Assembly (NCBI RefSeq): GCF_021028975.2
Contig: NC_059438.1
Span: 35,960,001 to 36,024,000 of the forward strand
Origin: Sphaerodactylus townsendi
Taxonomy: Eukaryota
Reading direction: 5' to 3'
DNA length: 64,000 bases
Shown one piece after another: positions 1-11,086 of the stretch. Position numbers and translations under genes: made by a program. Every line of letters starts with the position of its first letter. The stretch's first letter is position 1. Below the pieces are notes generated by a model. It searched no databases. It had not been told where the DNA came from and worked only from the letters and a program-made list of their open reading frames with translations.

Positions 1-620
1 AGGCGGGCTGACGACTGCCGAGCCCCGCCGCCGCCGCCGCCGCCGCCGCGAAGCCCCTTCCCCGAAACGGCCCCCTCCCTCTCGCGCCCGGCGCGGGGGC
101 GCGCTCGACGGCCCCCCGAGCACCCCCGGGCGCAGCTGCAGCGGCGGGCAAGGGGAGCGCAGCGCAGCGCAGGCACCCTCAACCCCCTCCCTGCAGGGGA
201 GGCCAGGGGGAGGGGCGGGAGCAGAGGGGGGACCCCGGGTGCGGGGGGGGGGAGGCTCACCTTGCCGCAGACGTCCGGCTCGAGCCCGCTGCGCGTCGGC
301 GCTGCGCTCAGGATCAGGCTGGGCTTCAGGAAGACGAACTCGCTGACGTCCGAGACCGGCGACAGGCAGGAGCGGTAGCCCCGGGCTGGGGGTCCCAAGC
401 AGGCCACCTGCACCCCGATGGGCGCCTCGCCCGGGCTCAGCTGGTAGTGGCACTGCTCCAGCATGGGGTCCAGCGGGTCCTGGAGCATGCCGCCTTGGCT
501 CCTGCAGCAGCCGAAGGGGGTTGGGGGTCGGCAGGCCCCCGGGCGGCAGCAGCGCACCCCCAGGGCCACCAGAGCCATCAGCGAGATGGTGGAGATGGCG
601 GCCAAGGAGATGATCAGGTA
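1..620. promoter_or_regulatory. CpG island over the 3' end of the last variable exon and its downstream intron, with a (GCC)n run at about 26-49
   Basis: Very high GC and abundant CpG in 1-620, much higher than the 5' part of the same exon. Confidence 0.7.
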
Positions 621-2699
621 GACAGTCACCATGGGGGGCCCCTCGCTCTCCTCCGACTGGGCAGTCAAGCCCAGGAAGGCTTCCGGGCCGCTCTCCTCCA
701 GGAGCACCACCACAGTGACGGAGGAGGACATGGCAGGCTCTCCAGAGTCTCTGACCACCACCACCAGCTCCTGGGTAGGGTCGTCCAGGTCTTGCAGGCC
801 CCGCGTGGTCCTCACCTCCCCGTTGCGCAGGGCCGTGCTGAAAAGGCTGGGGTCGGTGGCTTGCTCCAAGTGGTAGGAGAGCCAGGCGTTTCTCCCAGAG
901 TCCAAGTCCACGGCCATAATTTTGGTGACTAAGGTGTTGGCGGCGGTCGACCGGGAGATCCTGAACTGCATCGCGGAGTCTTTGGCCATGAAGGGGAATC
1001 GGATCCAGGGCGCATTGTCGTTCTGGTCTAATAAGTAGATGTGCGCCATGATCCGGTTGCACAGAGGGGGAGAGCCTCCGTCGCAGGCCTCCACCTGGAA
1101 CCGGAAATGGTTGAGCTGCTCATAATCGAAGGGGCACTCTGCGTACACTTGCCCGCTTGTGGGGTTGATGGAGATGTAAGAGGTCGGGTCCTCCACTCTC
1201 TGCCGCCCAGGGCTGGCCAAAACCGAGTAAGAGAGGCGGGAGTTTTGGTCTTTGTCGGCATCCGCCGCCGAAACGGTCAGAAGGACGGCCCCGATGGGAT
1301 TGTTCTCCTCCAGGATCACTTCGTAATAAGACCTGTCAAACTGAGGCGGGTTGTCGTTGACGTCGGCGAGGGTGATGGAGAAAGACATGTACTGGGAGAA
1401 GGAGGGGTTTCCCAAGTCAAAGGCGTGAACGGTGACGTTGTAGTGCGCCACGCTCTCCCGGTCTAGCTGTTCGCTGGTCAGCAAGGAATACTGGTGCTCA
1501 AAGTCCTTCCGAAGTTTGAAAGGGAGGTTTCTGGGCAGGTCACACTGAACCTTCCCTTGATCGCCAGAGTCCTGGTCCTTGACGTGGATCACGGCCACCA
1601 CAGTGCCGGGAGGCGCGTCTTCGTTGATGGAGCTGGAAAATGAGGTAAGGACAACTTCGGGGGGGTTGTCGTTCACATCCGTCACTTCCACCACGACGCT
1701 GCAGTGCTCTTCCATTGTGGGGGAGCCCATGTCCGTGGCCTCCACTTCGATCTCATACACGCTGGACTCTTCAAAGTCCAGGTTCCCTTGGACACGGATC
1801 TCTCCTGTGATGCTGTCGATCGCGAAGGTCTTGCGCAGGGTTTCTGAGTTGTGGCTGCTGAGGGAGTAGCGGATTTCCCCATTAGGCCCTTCGTCCCGGT
1901 CTGTTGCGTTCAGCTTGATCACCAGCGTCCCCAGGGGGGAGTTTTCGACCAAGCGGGTGTGGTAAGCGGGCTTGTCAAAAACGGGGTGGTTATCATTGGC
2001 ATCCAGAACTTGGACGGCGATTTGGATTGTGCTCGACTTGGGGGGTGAGCCGCCATCTTCTGCTGTCAGGACTAAACGGTGAACTGCTATGTGCTCTCTG
2101 TCCAACAGGTTCTCCAGGACCAGCTCCGGGAACTTGCTGCCGTCCGTGCGTGCCTTCACGTTGAGGTTGAAGTTCTCGTTGGCGCTGAGGTGGTAAGTCT
2201 GCAGGGTGTTTGTTCCCACGTCCGGGTCCTGCGCGTGCGGGATGGGGAAACGGGCGCCCAGCGCGGCCAGCTCATAGATCTGCAGGGCGATCGCGCTGCT
2301 GGAGAATTCAGGAGCGTTGTCGTTGATGTCCAGGATCTCCACTTCGATGCGATAGAACTCCACGGGGTTTTCGATCGCCAGCTTAAGATGCAGGAAGCAC
2401 CGCAGGTTGGGCCCGCAAAGCTGCTCTCTGTCTATTCTGTCACTGACTATTATGATCCCGGTGTTCACGTTCACAGAGAAGTACTGGGAGTCGGAATCGG
2501 AAAGCACCTGCAGGTTGGCAGCGGCCAGCTTTGCCACATCCATTCCTAAGTCCTTAGCAACATTTCCCACAAAGGATCCCCGAGTGAGCTCCTCTGGGAC
2601 AGAGTAACGGATCTGTGCAGCAGAGCCACTCAGAAGCAGCCAGAGAGAAAAGGCATGCAGGAGTCCCAGACGCCAGGCAGAGTTTTCTGTTCTGAGCAT
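261..2699 (-). CDS. Protocadherin-gamma C-type variable exon, an additional (fourth) C-type exon downstream of gammaC5; 813 codons; signal peptide, EC1-EC6, TM, variable cytoplasmic domain
   Basis: Manual minus-strand translation from ATG 2699: MLRTENSAWRLGLLHAFSLWLLLSGSAAQIRYSVPEELTRGSFVGNVAKDLG...DRIDREQLCGPNLRC...EILDINDNAP...DANDNHP...DVNDNPP...DQNDNAP...AVDLDSGRNAWLSY...TM VTVYLIISLAAISTISLMALVALGV...YRSCLSPVSDVSEFVFLKP...DVCGK. Donor AAG|GTGAG at 261/260; length 2439 nt is divisible by 3. No in-frame stop from 260 to 1, which explains its absence from the ORF track. Confidence 0.93.
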
Positions 2700-2879
2700 C
2701 TTTCTGATATCCACAGCAGGAAGCAATAACACTGCAAACCGGGAGCTATAGATAGCAGACAGTATTTCTTTAAGCCCCTGGAGGATTCACCGCCTATCTG
2801 GAAGAAATGTGAAACAACGGAGAGAACAGGGGGACTGTGATCACTGTTTACCTCTCTCATTCATTGTTTTGGTTTGAGA

Positions 2880-3020
2880 GAGATTGATACAGCTGTAGAG
2901 GGGAGTGGTGCGCGCCGCCCGATCTTCAATGTTAGCCACCCAGCCATTGGCTGAGACGGCCTCCCCCTGCATCCAATCAGGGGCCTCCGTCTCAGGACAG
3001 CAACACACGCACCAATCCAA
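2880..3020 (-). promoter_or_regulatory. Putative CSE-less promoter of the extra C-type exon, with three CCAAT/ATTGG boxes
   Basis: ATTGG 2946-2950, CCAAT 2973-2977 and CCAAT 3012-3016, about 250-320 bp upstream of ATG 2699; no CGCTGTT-type CSE seen. Confidence 0.45.
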
Positions 3021-3488
3021 GTGTGGAAGTTGCTACTGTGCAAAAAAGGACCGCGTAACCTGCTGTTTTTAACCTAGAGACACCAGGCTAAACGGCAGAA
3101 CAATGGGAAACAAAGCCCCCAAACCGACGGGGGGCTTTGATTTCTGCCCCAGCTACAAGACCCTTCTGAAGTAGCGGAAGCGGCAAAAGGCCTCGCTGGC
3201 TTTGTAAGCTCAGCCCGAACCCGCTTCTTCTGTCTGTGAACGGCTGCTTTGGGGGGGAAACAATGGGAGAGAAGCAATTCTGCTATAGTTAGAAAGCCAG
3301 AGAAGCTAGAAAGCTTCCCAGTCAACCAACTCCGCTCGCTTTAGACTTCAAATGCATAACATTCTCAGGAAAAAAATATATAATCTAAGTACATTTTTAG
3401 CAGCAAGGGCTCTTGCTGTCCTAGAAACATTACAGAAGTGTGTGAGAGCTGGATTTGTGACAGGCAGCTTCTGAAGGACAGCCTATTC

Positions 3489-3619
3489 CAGTGGTGGCGA
3501 ACCTTTGGCACTCCAGATGTTATGGACTACAATTCCCATCAGCCGATTGGCCATGCTGGCAGGGGCTGATGGGAATGGTAGTCCATAACATCTGGAGTGC
3601 CAAAGGTTTGCCACCACGG
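3489..3619. mobile_element. hAT (Charlie/Buster-type) palindromic MITE
   Basis: TIRs cagtggtggcgaacc...ggtttgccaccacgg; 8-bp TSD gcctattc at 3481-3488 and 3620-3627. Confidence 0.9.
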
Positions 3620-3870
3620 GCCTATTCACAGTAGCCAAACTTTTGCATCCTCTGAGGGCCTTTGCCAGTTAACAGGCAAGTTTGGTGCACGAAGTAACCC
3701 CAAATAATATTTTGGGACACCCCGACACTCACAGGGAAAAAGCCAGCCATACAGACTGGGCAGTTTGCCCGGCCATCACTACAGTTGCCAGTCCCACGGA
3801 CTAACTCTGGTTGAAGCAGCTCTCTCCCTTTGTGTATTTTGTGGAGGAAGGAGATAGAAATTACACCCTT

Positions 3871-3975
3871 GTATTGTTAAAGGCTCTCACAGCCGGAATC
3901 ACCGGAACATTGTGGGGTTTCTGGGCTGCATGGCCATGTTGATGGCCATGCAGGCCAGAAACCCCACGACACTCC
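3871..3975. mobile_element. Short palindromic Penelope-derived remnant
   Basis: Starts gtattgttaaaggctctcacagccggaatc like the copies at 28312, 29146 and 49280; inverted halves; flanks aattacaccct/aattataccct (TSD-like). Confidence 0.6.
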
Positions 3976-4149
3976 AATTATACCCTCAGTTCACTGACTC
4001 AGCCCCTCATGAATCCCTCCACCAGAACAGTGCTGGATCAGACCACGCAAAAACTGCTCCCACCCCACTCAGGCAACATGTGAACAGTCAGGCTGCAAAG
4101 GCTTTTTGTAGAATTGCTAGGAGAAAAGAAATAGAAAACGGGACCTCAC

Positions 4150-6597
4150 CTGCAAGGAATGGTTCAGTGTATTGGTTCGAGACACGAAAGAATCATAGTC
4201 CCTTGTTAGGGTGCTTGACGGGGGGTAATCCACAGGCCTCATGAAGGTGAAATCGCTCCGGTCAGATCCTGGGGAGTAGCTGGCCCTATAGCCCTGGCTC
4301 TCCGAGTCCGTGGGCCTCAGCGTGACCTCCATGTATTTCAGAGTGCCATCGGAGTTCAGCTGCAGCTTGGGGGTAGACTGTTTGAAAACGTCCCTGGCAG
4401 GAACGTCACCTAGGCTGCAGCAAGAGGCATCTCTGCGCCTTTTACTCCAAAAGCATTTTGCAGACAGGACGATGAAAGTAATGATGGACACGATGCTCAC
4501 AGCCACCAGCGCGATGATCAGGTAGAAGGTGAGGTCCAGTTTTTCTTTGGGTTTGGTCAGGAAATCTTGAAGTTGAGGTCCTTCCTCGAAGACTTCGTCC
4601 TCCAAAGAAACCAAGATGGTGACGGTGGTGGACAAAGAGGGGTCTCCGTTGTCCTTCACCAGGACAAGGATTTTCTGGGCAGTGAGATCTGTTTCCTGGA
4701 AGTCTCGGACAGTCCGGACTTCCCCCGTGTGGGGAGCCACTTGGAACAGGGAAGGGTCTGTGGACTGCGGAAGCAAAGAATAGGACAGCCAGGCGTTATG
4801 GCCGGAGTCTGCATCCACCGCTGTGACTTTGGTTACTATATAGCCTGCCGGGGCAGACTGAGGGATCCTTTGGAGCGCAGACAACTCCTGGCCAATCACT
4901 GGGTGCAAAACAGTGGGGGTGTTGTCATTCTGATCCAGTACGAAGAGATAGACGGTGACGTTGGAGCTCAGCTGGGGTGACCCAGCATCGTGGACAGTGA
5001 CAGGGATTTGAAGCACCTGGAGCGCCTCATAGTCAAAAGTGCGCTGGGCATAAATGTTCCCATTGTCTGGGTTGATGTAGACAAAGGAAGAGACAGGGGC
5101 GTCTTGGATCCAACTCCCTGACACCAGGTAAGTCAGCTGGGAATTGTCGCCCTCATCAAGATCTGAAGCCACTACTGTGCACAACAGGGAGCCAGGTGGG
5201 TTGTTCTCCTTCAGGAAGGAGTTGTAGAAATTCTGGGAGAAGGACGGGGCGTTGTCATTGACGTCTGAAATGTTCAGCACGATAATGACATCTGTGCTTA
5301 GAGGGGGGGACCCCGAGTCTCGGGCGGTCATTTTGATGGTGTATTGAGAAACCAGCTCTCTGTCCAGCTTCTCCCGGGTCATTAAGGAATAGTGGTTTTC
5401 AAAAGATTTAATTTTAAAAGGGAGCTTTGGCGATATTTCTAAAACCACTTCGCCATTGGCCCCCGAATCGTGGTCTCGTACATTGAAAAGCCCCACCACT
5501 GTCTCCAAGGGGGTGTTTTCTGGCACTGGGTTTACTAGGGACGTAAGGAGGAACTCGGGGGCGTTGTCGTTCTCATCCTCGATTTCCACATGGATAACAC
5601 AGTGGCCTTCCATTTGTGGAACACCCTTATCTCGGGCCCTCACATGGAGCTCATAAGAACGGGACTCTTCAAAATCCACGTCTCCTCGGACGTGGATCTC
5701 ACCTGTGTGGGGGTCCAAACCAAACAACTTCTGGATGGAATCCGACGTGTGGATTCCGAAGGAGTACTGTATCTCTCCATTGGACCCTTCGTCCGGGTCG
5801 GTTGCATTGAGCTTGAAAAGCAAAGAACCTACAGGGATATTCTCCGGCAAGGTGACCTTGTACACCGGGAGATCGAACGCCGGCTCATTGTCATTGTTAT
5901 CAAGGACCACGATGGTCAGTTGAGCTGTTCCAGAGAGGACAGGATCCCCCCCGTCGTGAGCAGTCAGTATGAGCTGGTGTTCCGGCTGCTGCTCCCTATC
6001 CAAAGGCTGCTCCAACACCAGCTCGGGCAATAGCTTGCCGTCCTTCACATTCTTCACATTGAGTGAAAAGTGGGGGTTGGGGCTGAGTCGGTAGGCGCTG
6101 ACGGCATTGGACCCCACGTCGGCATCATGCGCGCTCTCCAGTGGGAAACGAGCCCCTATGGGGGCAGACTCGGCTATTTTCAACAAAAGCCGGGGGGTGG
6201 GGAACCGGGGGGCATTGTCATTCAGGTCCAAAATCTCCACTTCCAGGTGAAACAGTTCCAGGGGGTTTTCTATGACCACTTGGACTGGCAAGAGGCACAC
6301 TAAGCTGGCTCCACACAGGCTCTCCCGGTCTATCTTTTCGTTCACCAGAAGGGACCCACTGGCCAGATTCACGGCAAAGTACCTTCTGTTCTCCTCAGCC
6401 AGCCTCAGCCTGCGGCTTGGGAGATCTGCCACCGTCAAGCCCACATCCTGAGCCACCTTCCCCACCGGGGTCCCTGGCTCCGACTCCTCCACCACAGAGT
6501 AGTGGATCTGTCCTGCGACCAACGCCTGGCCAAACAGCAAAAATAAGCCCGGTACTTGCCATTTGGACGAAGGGTGCCAAGACCAGCACAGCTCCAT
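4150..6597 (-). CDS. PCDHGC5: Protocadherin gamma-C5 variable exon (816 codons)
   Basis: The ORF track start at 6642 is TTG; the first ATG is 6597 (MELCWSW...KWQV). C5-diagnostic stretches: YSVVEESEPGT, KIDRESLCGAS, KDGK-PELVLEQ, NAWLSYSLLPQST, DGTLKYMEVTLRPTDS, SDFTFMRP. Donor CAG|GTGAG at 4150/4149, phase 0. Confidence 0.93.
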
Positions 6598-8157
6598 TTC
6601 TGGAAAAGTCTTCTCCCAGAAGGAATCTCGGAGGTATCCCAATGGTCAGGAGGGTACAGGACCAAGATGAGTGCTGGTTCAAAATCCCTTGGTATTCCCT
6701 TCCAATGGAATTAAAGTGGCTTTTAAGCTTGCCTGGCTGCAGCAACAGAGTGTTAGTCAGAGAGCTGAGGGGGTGGATTGGGGGAGGGAAGCTGAGCTAC
6801 AGCCATAGCGACGACGACGGGGGAGGAAAGCCAAGAGCAGAAAGAGCAGATTCTGCCCCCCCCCCCATCAAATTGGGATCAGCACCTGACTGGATGACAG
6901 CTCTGGTCCCTCTCCACCAATGGCAACGCCACCTACACTCTTAAAGCTGCAGTGATGATGGAAGGTGTGGAGATGTCAGAACTGGGCGCTTTTGGTCCTC
7001 CATCTCCAGACATAAGGATTTGGGAGCCTGGGTCGTCACTGGTTTTGGCAGCTAAGTTTAGCTCCTTAGTTTCTTGTTCTCAAGGAAACAGCACGTCCGG
7101 AAAGCCTGAACAGTACAAATCCTCAATTGTTCACATGAGCCAGATTTCTTGTATCTCCTCTTCACGAAAAAAAAAAAGCAACACTCAGCTGTAGGGACTA
7201 CAGAACCATTGCTTCTTTGGCTAATAACTGGACTGATTTTTTCACTTGCTATGAAAAAGGTATCTGTTGAAGAACAACAAAGGGAAGATACGACCCCTTA
7301 CAGAAAGGGCTTTGGCACCCTCTCCCTCCTCTCCATTTAAAACCATAGACGTTACCAAGGCAAAAGCAACCCTTTTAGAATGTTCACTTCCAAGCACAAA
7401 AACATCCACCACTCAGGGCTAGAATGCATAAACTTCAACTCGCTTAAGACCTCCCAGTTCTATTCAGTTGGCGCTCCAAAATTAGAACAACACAGGCAGG
7501 GGAGAAGTCTTTCTGCATAACCAAGAAGCAATGGCATAACTCTGAACTGCAGACGCCTACAAACCAAGGAATTTTTAGGCTGTGCTTAAAAATAAATAAA
7601 AGGCCAGATTACAAAATACCAAAGTCTTTACATTAGTTAGATGGATAGAAAAGCTCCCACTTCCTCCGTGGTTAATGACATCCTAGAGTGGACTGCAATG
7701 AACTCAATGGACGAACCATCTTGCACAACACCCTAGTCTACAACAGAACGTTCTTAAAGCATTTCTGACCTCTTTGCTGCTCCCCCTTCAAAAGCACTCA
7801 AAGGAAGAAGATTCTGCAAACTTCTCAGGCAAATTAATCAAACACTGGACTTCTCTCATATCTAGACAGCTCTTGTTAACATTTAATCTACAACCTGTAT
7901 CGCAGTAATTTAAAGAAACTGCTTTATATACCCTTCTCAGTTCCTCCTTTTGCAAGCATTTGAAGATGGGCAATGTTGAGATTCCTTGAGAGAGCATTGA
8001 AAGTTCCTTGTGGAATCTCAAAACCAAAGGAGTTCCAACTAACAAATCAACCATCCTAATACGAAATCACGGTCATCCAGCCCATCAGAGATTACATCAG
8101 GATCAAAGGGTTCTTACAGATATACTCACAGGGAGGTATCCATGTTAGGTTCTAGGG

Positions 8158-8294
8158 CCGTGGTGGTGAACCTTTGGCACTCCAGATGTTATGGACTACA
8201 ATTCCCATCAGCCCCTGCCAGCATGACCAATTGGCAGGGGCTGATGGGAATTGTAGTCCATAACATCTGGAGTGCCAAAGGTTCGCCACCACGG
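8158..8294. mobile_element. hAT palindromic MITE
   Basis: TIRs ccgtggtggtgaacc...ggttcgccaccacgg; TSD ttctaggg at 8150-8157 and 8295-8302. Confidence 0.9.
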
Positions 8295-8417
8295 TTCTAG
8301 GGGTAGAATGAAAGTCAAGACCAGTAGCACCTTAAAGACACTGGACAATTTTGTGGATCTTTAAAGTGCTACTGGACTGGAAATTTTATGCATAGAGAAT
8401 AGAATTTGTTGTCTCAC

Positions 8418-10871
8418 CTCATTGGGTTCTCGGGAGAGACTTCCAGCCAGAAGAGTATCCGTATTGGTGATATCCCGTTGAGTAAAGGGCTTTGCAATCC
8501 TGAAATTTCCCCCTTCTGGCAAGAGGGTTTGGCCAGATCTTAGGAGAGGAAAGTGAGAAACAGACTCCCTCCCGATGAACGCTGCTGGGAACTCCATTTT
8601 CTCATCTGGGCTCAAGTTCACTGGGAAAGTGTCAAAGTGTCTTGGCACGGGTACAGAGTTCCTTCCCTTCGCGTCTCTGGCCCAAGAAGCATCCAAGGGC
8701 CTCCTCCTCAATCGCTGGAGGCATTTAGTAGCTAAAAACGCAAAAGTCAAAACAGCAAGGACGGAGATTGCTACCACAGCAATAATAAGATGCAAGGTGA
8801 TGCGGGACAGCCCGTCTGGTTCCACAGTGGCCTTCCTGAGGTCCGCCAGGCCGGGCTCATGCCCATGTTCTATATTCAGCAACAGAGTCGCGGTGGCAGT
8901 TAGTGCTGGTTTCCCATTGTCCAGGATCACCACCACAAGCTCCTGGGAAGGGGAGTCTTGTTCCAGAAAAGGGCGGAGCGTTCGGACCTCTCCCGAGTAT
9001 GCCGAGACTTTGAAGAGGCTGGGGTCCGTGGCCTGTTGCAGCTTGTAAGAAATCCACGCATTCAGCCCGGAGTCTGCATCCACAGCTGTCACCTTGGTTA
9101 CTAGGTACCCTTCCTGTGCTGAGAAAGGAACTGGCTGTTGGGCTAGGACACCCTCCCTGGTCACCGGGTACACAATAAGCGGAGCATTATCATTCTGGTC
9201 GACAATGAAAATGGAGATGGTTGCGTTGGTGCTCAAGGGAGGAGAGCCACTGTCTCTTGCTTGTATCTGGAAAACCAGCTGCTGCGTCTGTTCGTAGTCA
9301 AACGAACAGCCGCTGTAGATGGTGCCGTTTTCTGTGACGTGGACACAGGAGGAAATGGGGACTCCATTAACACTATGCTCCACCAATGAGTAGGACAACT
9401 GAGCATTCTGGCCCAGATCGGGGTCAAAGGCAGATACAGTAATGATTGGTACCCCCAAAGCATTGTTCTCGCTCACAAGAGCCTGATAGGCAGGCTGTGA
9501 GAAGGAGGGCGAGTTATCGTTCAGGTCAGAGATGTTTACAAGCAAATGGCGCTGGCTGGAAAGAGGTGGAGAACCAAAATCTGTAGCCATGATTATAACA
9601 TTGTACTGGGATATCTCCTCCCGATCCAGAGGGCCACTGGTGATCAAAGAGTAGTGGTTCTTGAAAGAGGGGACAATTTGGAAGGGGACATCTGCAGGAA
9701 GATGAAGCTGAACTTCCCCATTTTCCCCAGAATCTCCATCACTGACTTTGAGGAGGCCCACTACGGTACCAGGGAGAGCATCTTCTGGTACGGTAGTGGA
9801 GAGAGAAATGAACTCAATCAAAGGCGTATTATCGTTCAAATCTGCTACCTCCACTAAGACATTGCAGTGAGCATCCATGGAAGGTGACCCTTGGTCTTTA
9901 GCCCTTACGTCAATCTCATAAGAAGTGGCCGCCTCACAGTCCACGTTTCCCAGAACTCGTATCTCCCCAGTCTCTTCGTTCAGGCTGAAGATCTTACGGA
10001 TTTTCTGGGAAGTGTGGCTGCTGAAGGAATAGGTCACTTTCCCGTTGGGTCCCTCGTCCTTGTCTACAGCATGCAAATGGACAACCAGGGTTCCCAGTGG
10101 GGCATTTTCTAGCAGGCTAACTTTGTACACTGACTGATTAAACACAGGGGAATTATCATTGGCATCAATAACGGACACCACGATCTCAGCAGTCCCAGAT
10201 CTAGCTGGAGCTCCTCCGTCCAGCGCTGTAAGCACCAATCGATGACTCTGCTCCTCCTCTCTATCCAGCGCCTTCTCCAGAATCAGTTCGGGATGTTTGC
10301 TGCCGCCTTTATGAGACTTAATGCTCAGCGTGAAGTGTCCGTGGGGGCTCAGCTGGTAGGTGCTGACCGAATTCGTGCCGATGTCCAAATCCTCGGCGCT
10401 CTCCAGGGGGAAGCGGGTCCCTGGCTTTGCAGACTCCGCAATCTCCAAACGGGTGAGGCTGTTGAGGAAAATGGGGTCGTTGTCATTCACATCCAGGATC
10501 TCTATTTCCAGTCGGTGGGAGGCTGTGGGGTTTGATAGCAGGAGCTCTAGATACAGCAGGCAGCGCAAGCTGGGCCCACAAAGTTGCTCTCGGTCCAGCC
10601 GTTCCTTGACCACCAAGACCCCGCTCTGAGCCTCGGCTTGGAAGTACTTCTCCGCGGAGCCAGCCACGATCTGCAGCTGTCGGGAGCCCAACCGGGCAGC
10701 GTCCAGACCCAGGTCTTTAGCCATATCCCCAACAAGGGCCCCAGGTGCTAGTTCCTCCAGTATGGAGTAGCGGAGCTGTGTCATCTCTCCAGCGCTCCGG
10801 AGAGAGACAGAAACCAAAAGCCAAACACTTACTTGCCACGGCAGAAATGGTCTTTCTGTGGGAGAGAACAT
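8418..10871 (-). CDS. Protocadherin-gamma C-type variable exon in the C4 position (C4-like, divergent); 818 codons
   Basis: Track start at 10883 is TTG; first ATG is 10871. Six cadherin repeats with DxNDN linkers, TM, cytoplasmic part. SFDYEQTQ, PSLFKVSAYSGEVRT and SRITLHL resemble mammalian C4, and it lies between C3 and C5. Donor GAG|GTGAG at 8418/8417. Confidence 0.9.
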
Positions 10872-11076
10872 GATGCCGACCAAAATGTCTCCTCCCTTCG
10901 CCGGACCTCTGTCTTCTCCGATCCCAACACATCCAAGGAAGCAACAGAAAATTCAATTTTAGATCACACAAGGACTAACAAAGCTGCGCGCCATCTGCAT
11001 CGCTTATCTTGTTTTTCCACGGAGAATGGAACAGCAGCCACGAGTCTGTCCCAGAATCCGGAGAGGAGGGACTTGG

Positions 11077-11086
11077 CTGTCAATCA
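11077..11086 (-). promoter_or_regulatory. PBX-PKNOX/MEIS decamer TGATTGACAG upstream of the C4-like exon
   Basis: ctgtcaatca on the plus strand is a perfect TGATTGACAG on the minus strand, about 205 bp upstream of ATG 10871; no CSE in this promoter. Confidence 0.5.

Noticed and set aside
1-260. Pcdhg constant exon 1 (QAPPNTDWRFSQ)
   Set aside because: Not found in the window; expected beyond position 1.
447-2607. Several plus-strand ORFs over the first exon, and similar ones over the other exons
   Set aside because: Antisense frames of the protocadherin coding sequence.
4117-4149. ORF-track C-terminal extensions past the donors (also 8361-8417, 21137-21364, 51536-51562, 61609-61686) and TTG starts at 6642, 10883 and 54097
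   Set aside because: Intronic read-through and non-ATG starts; canonical phase-0 donors and downstream ATGs define the exons.
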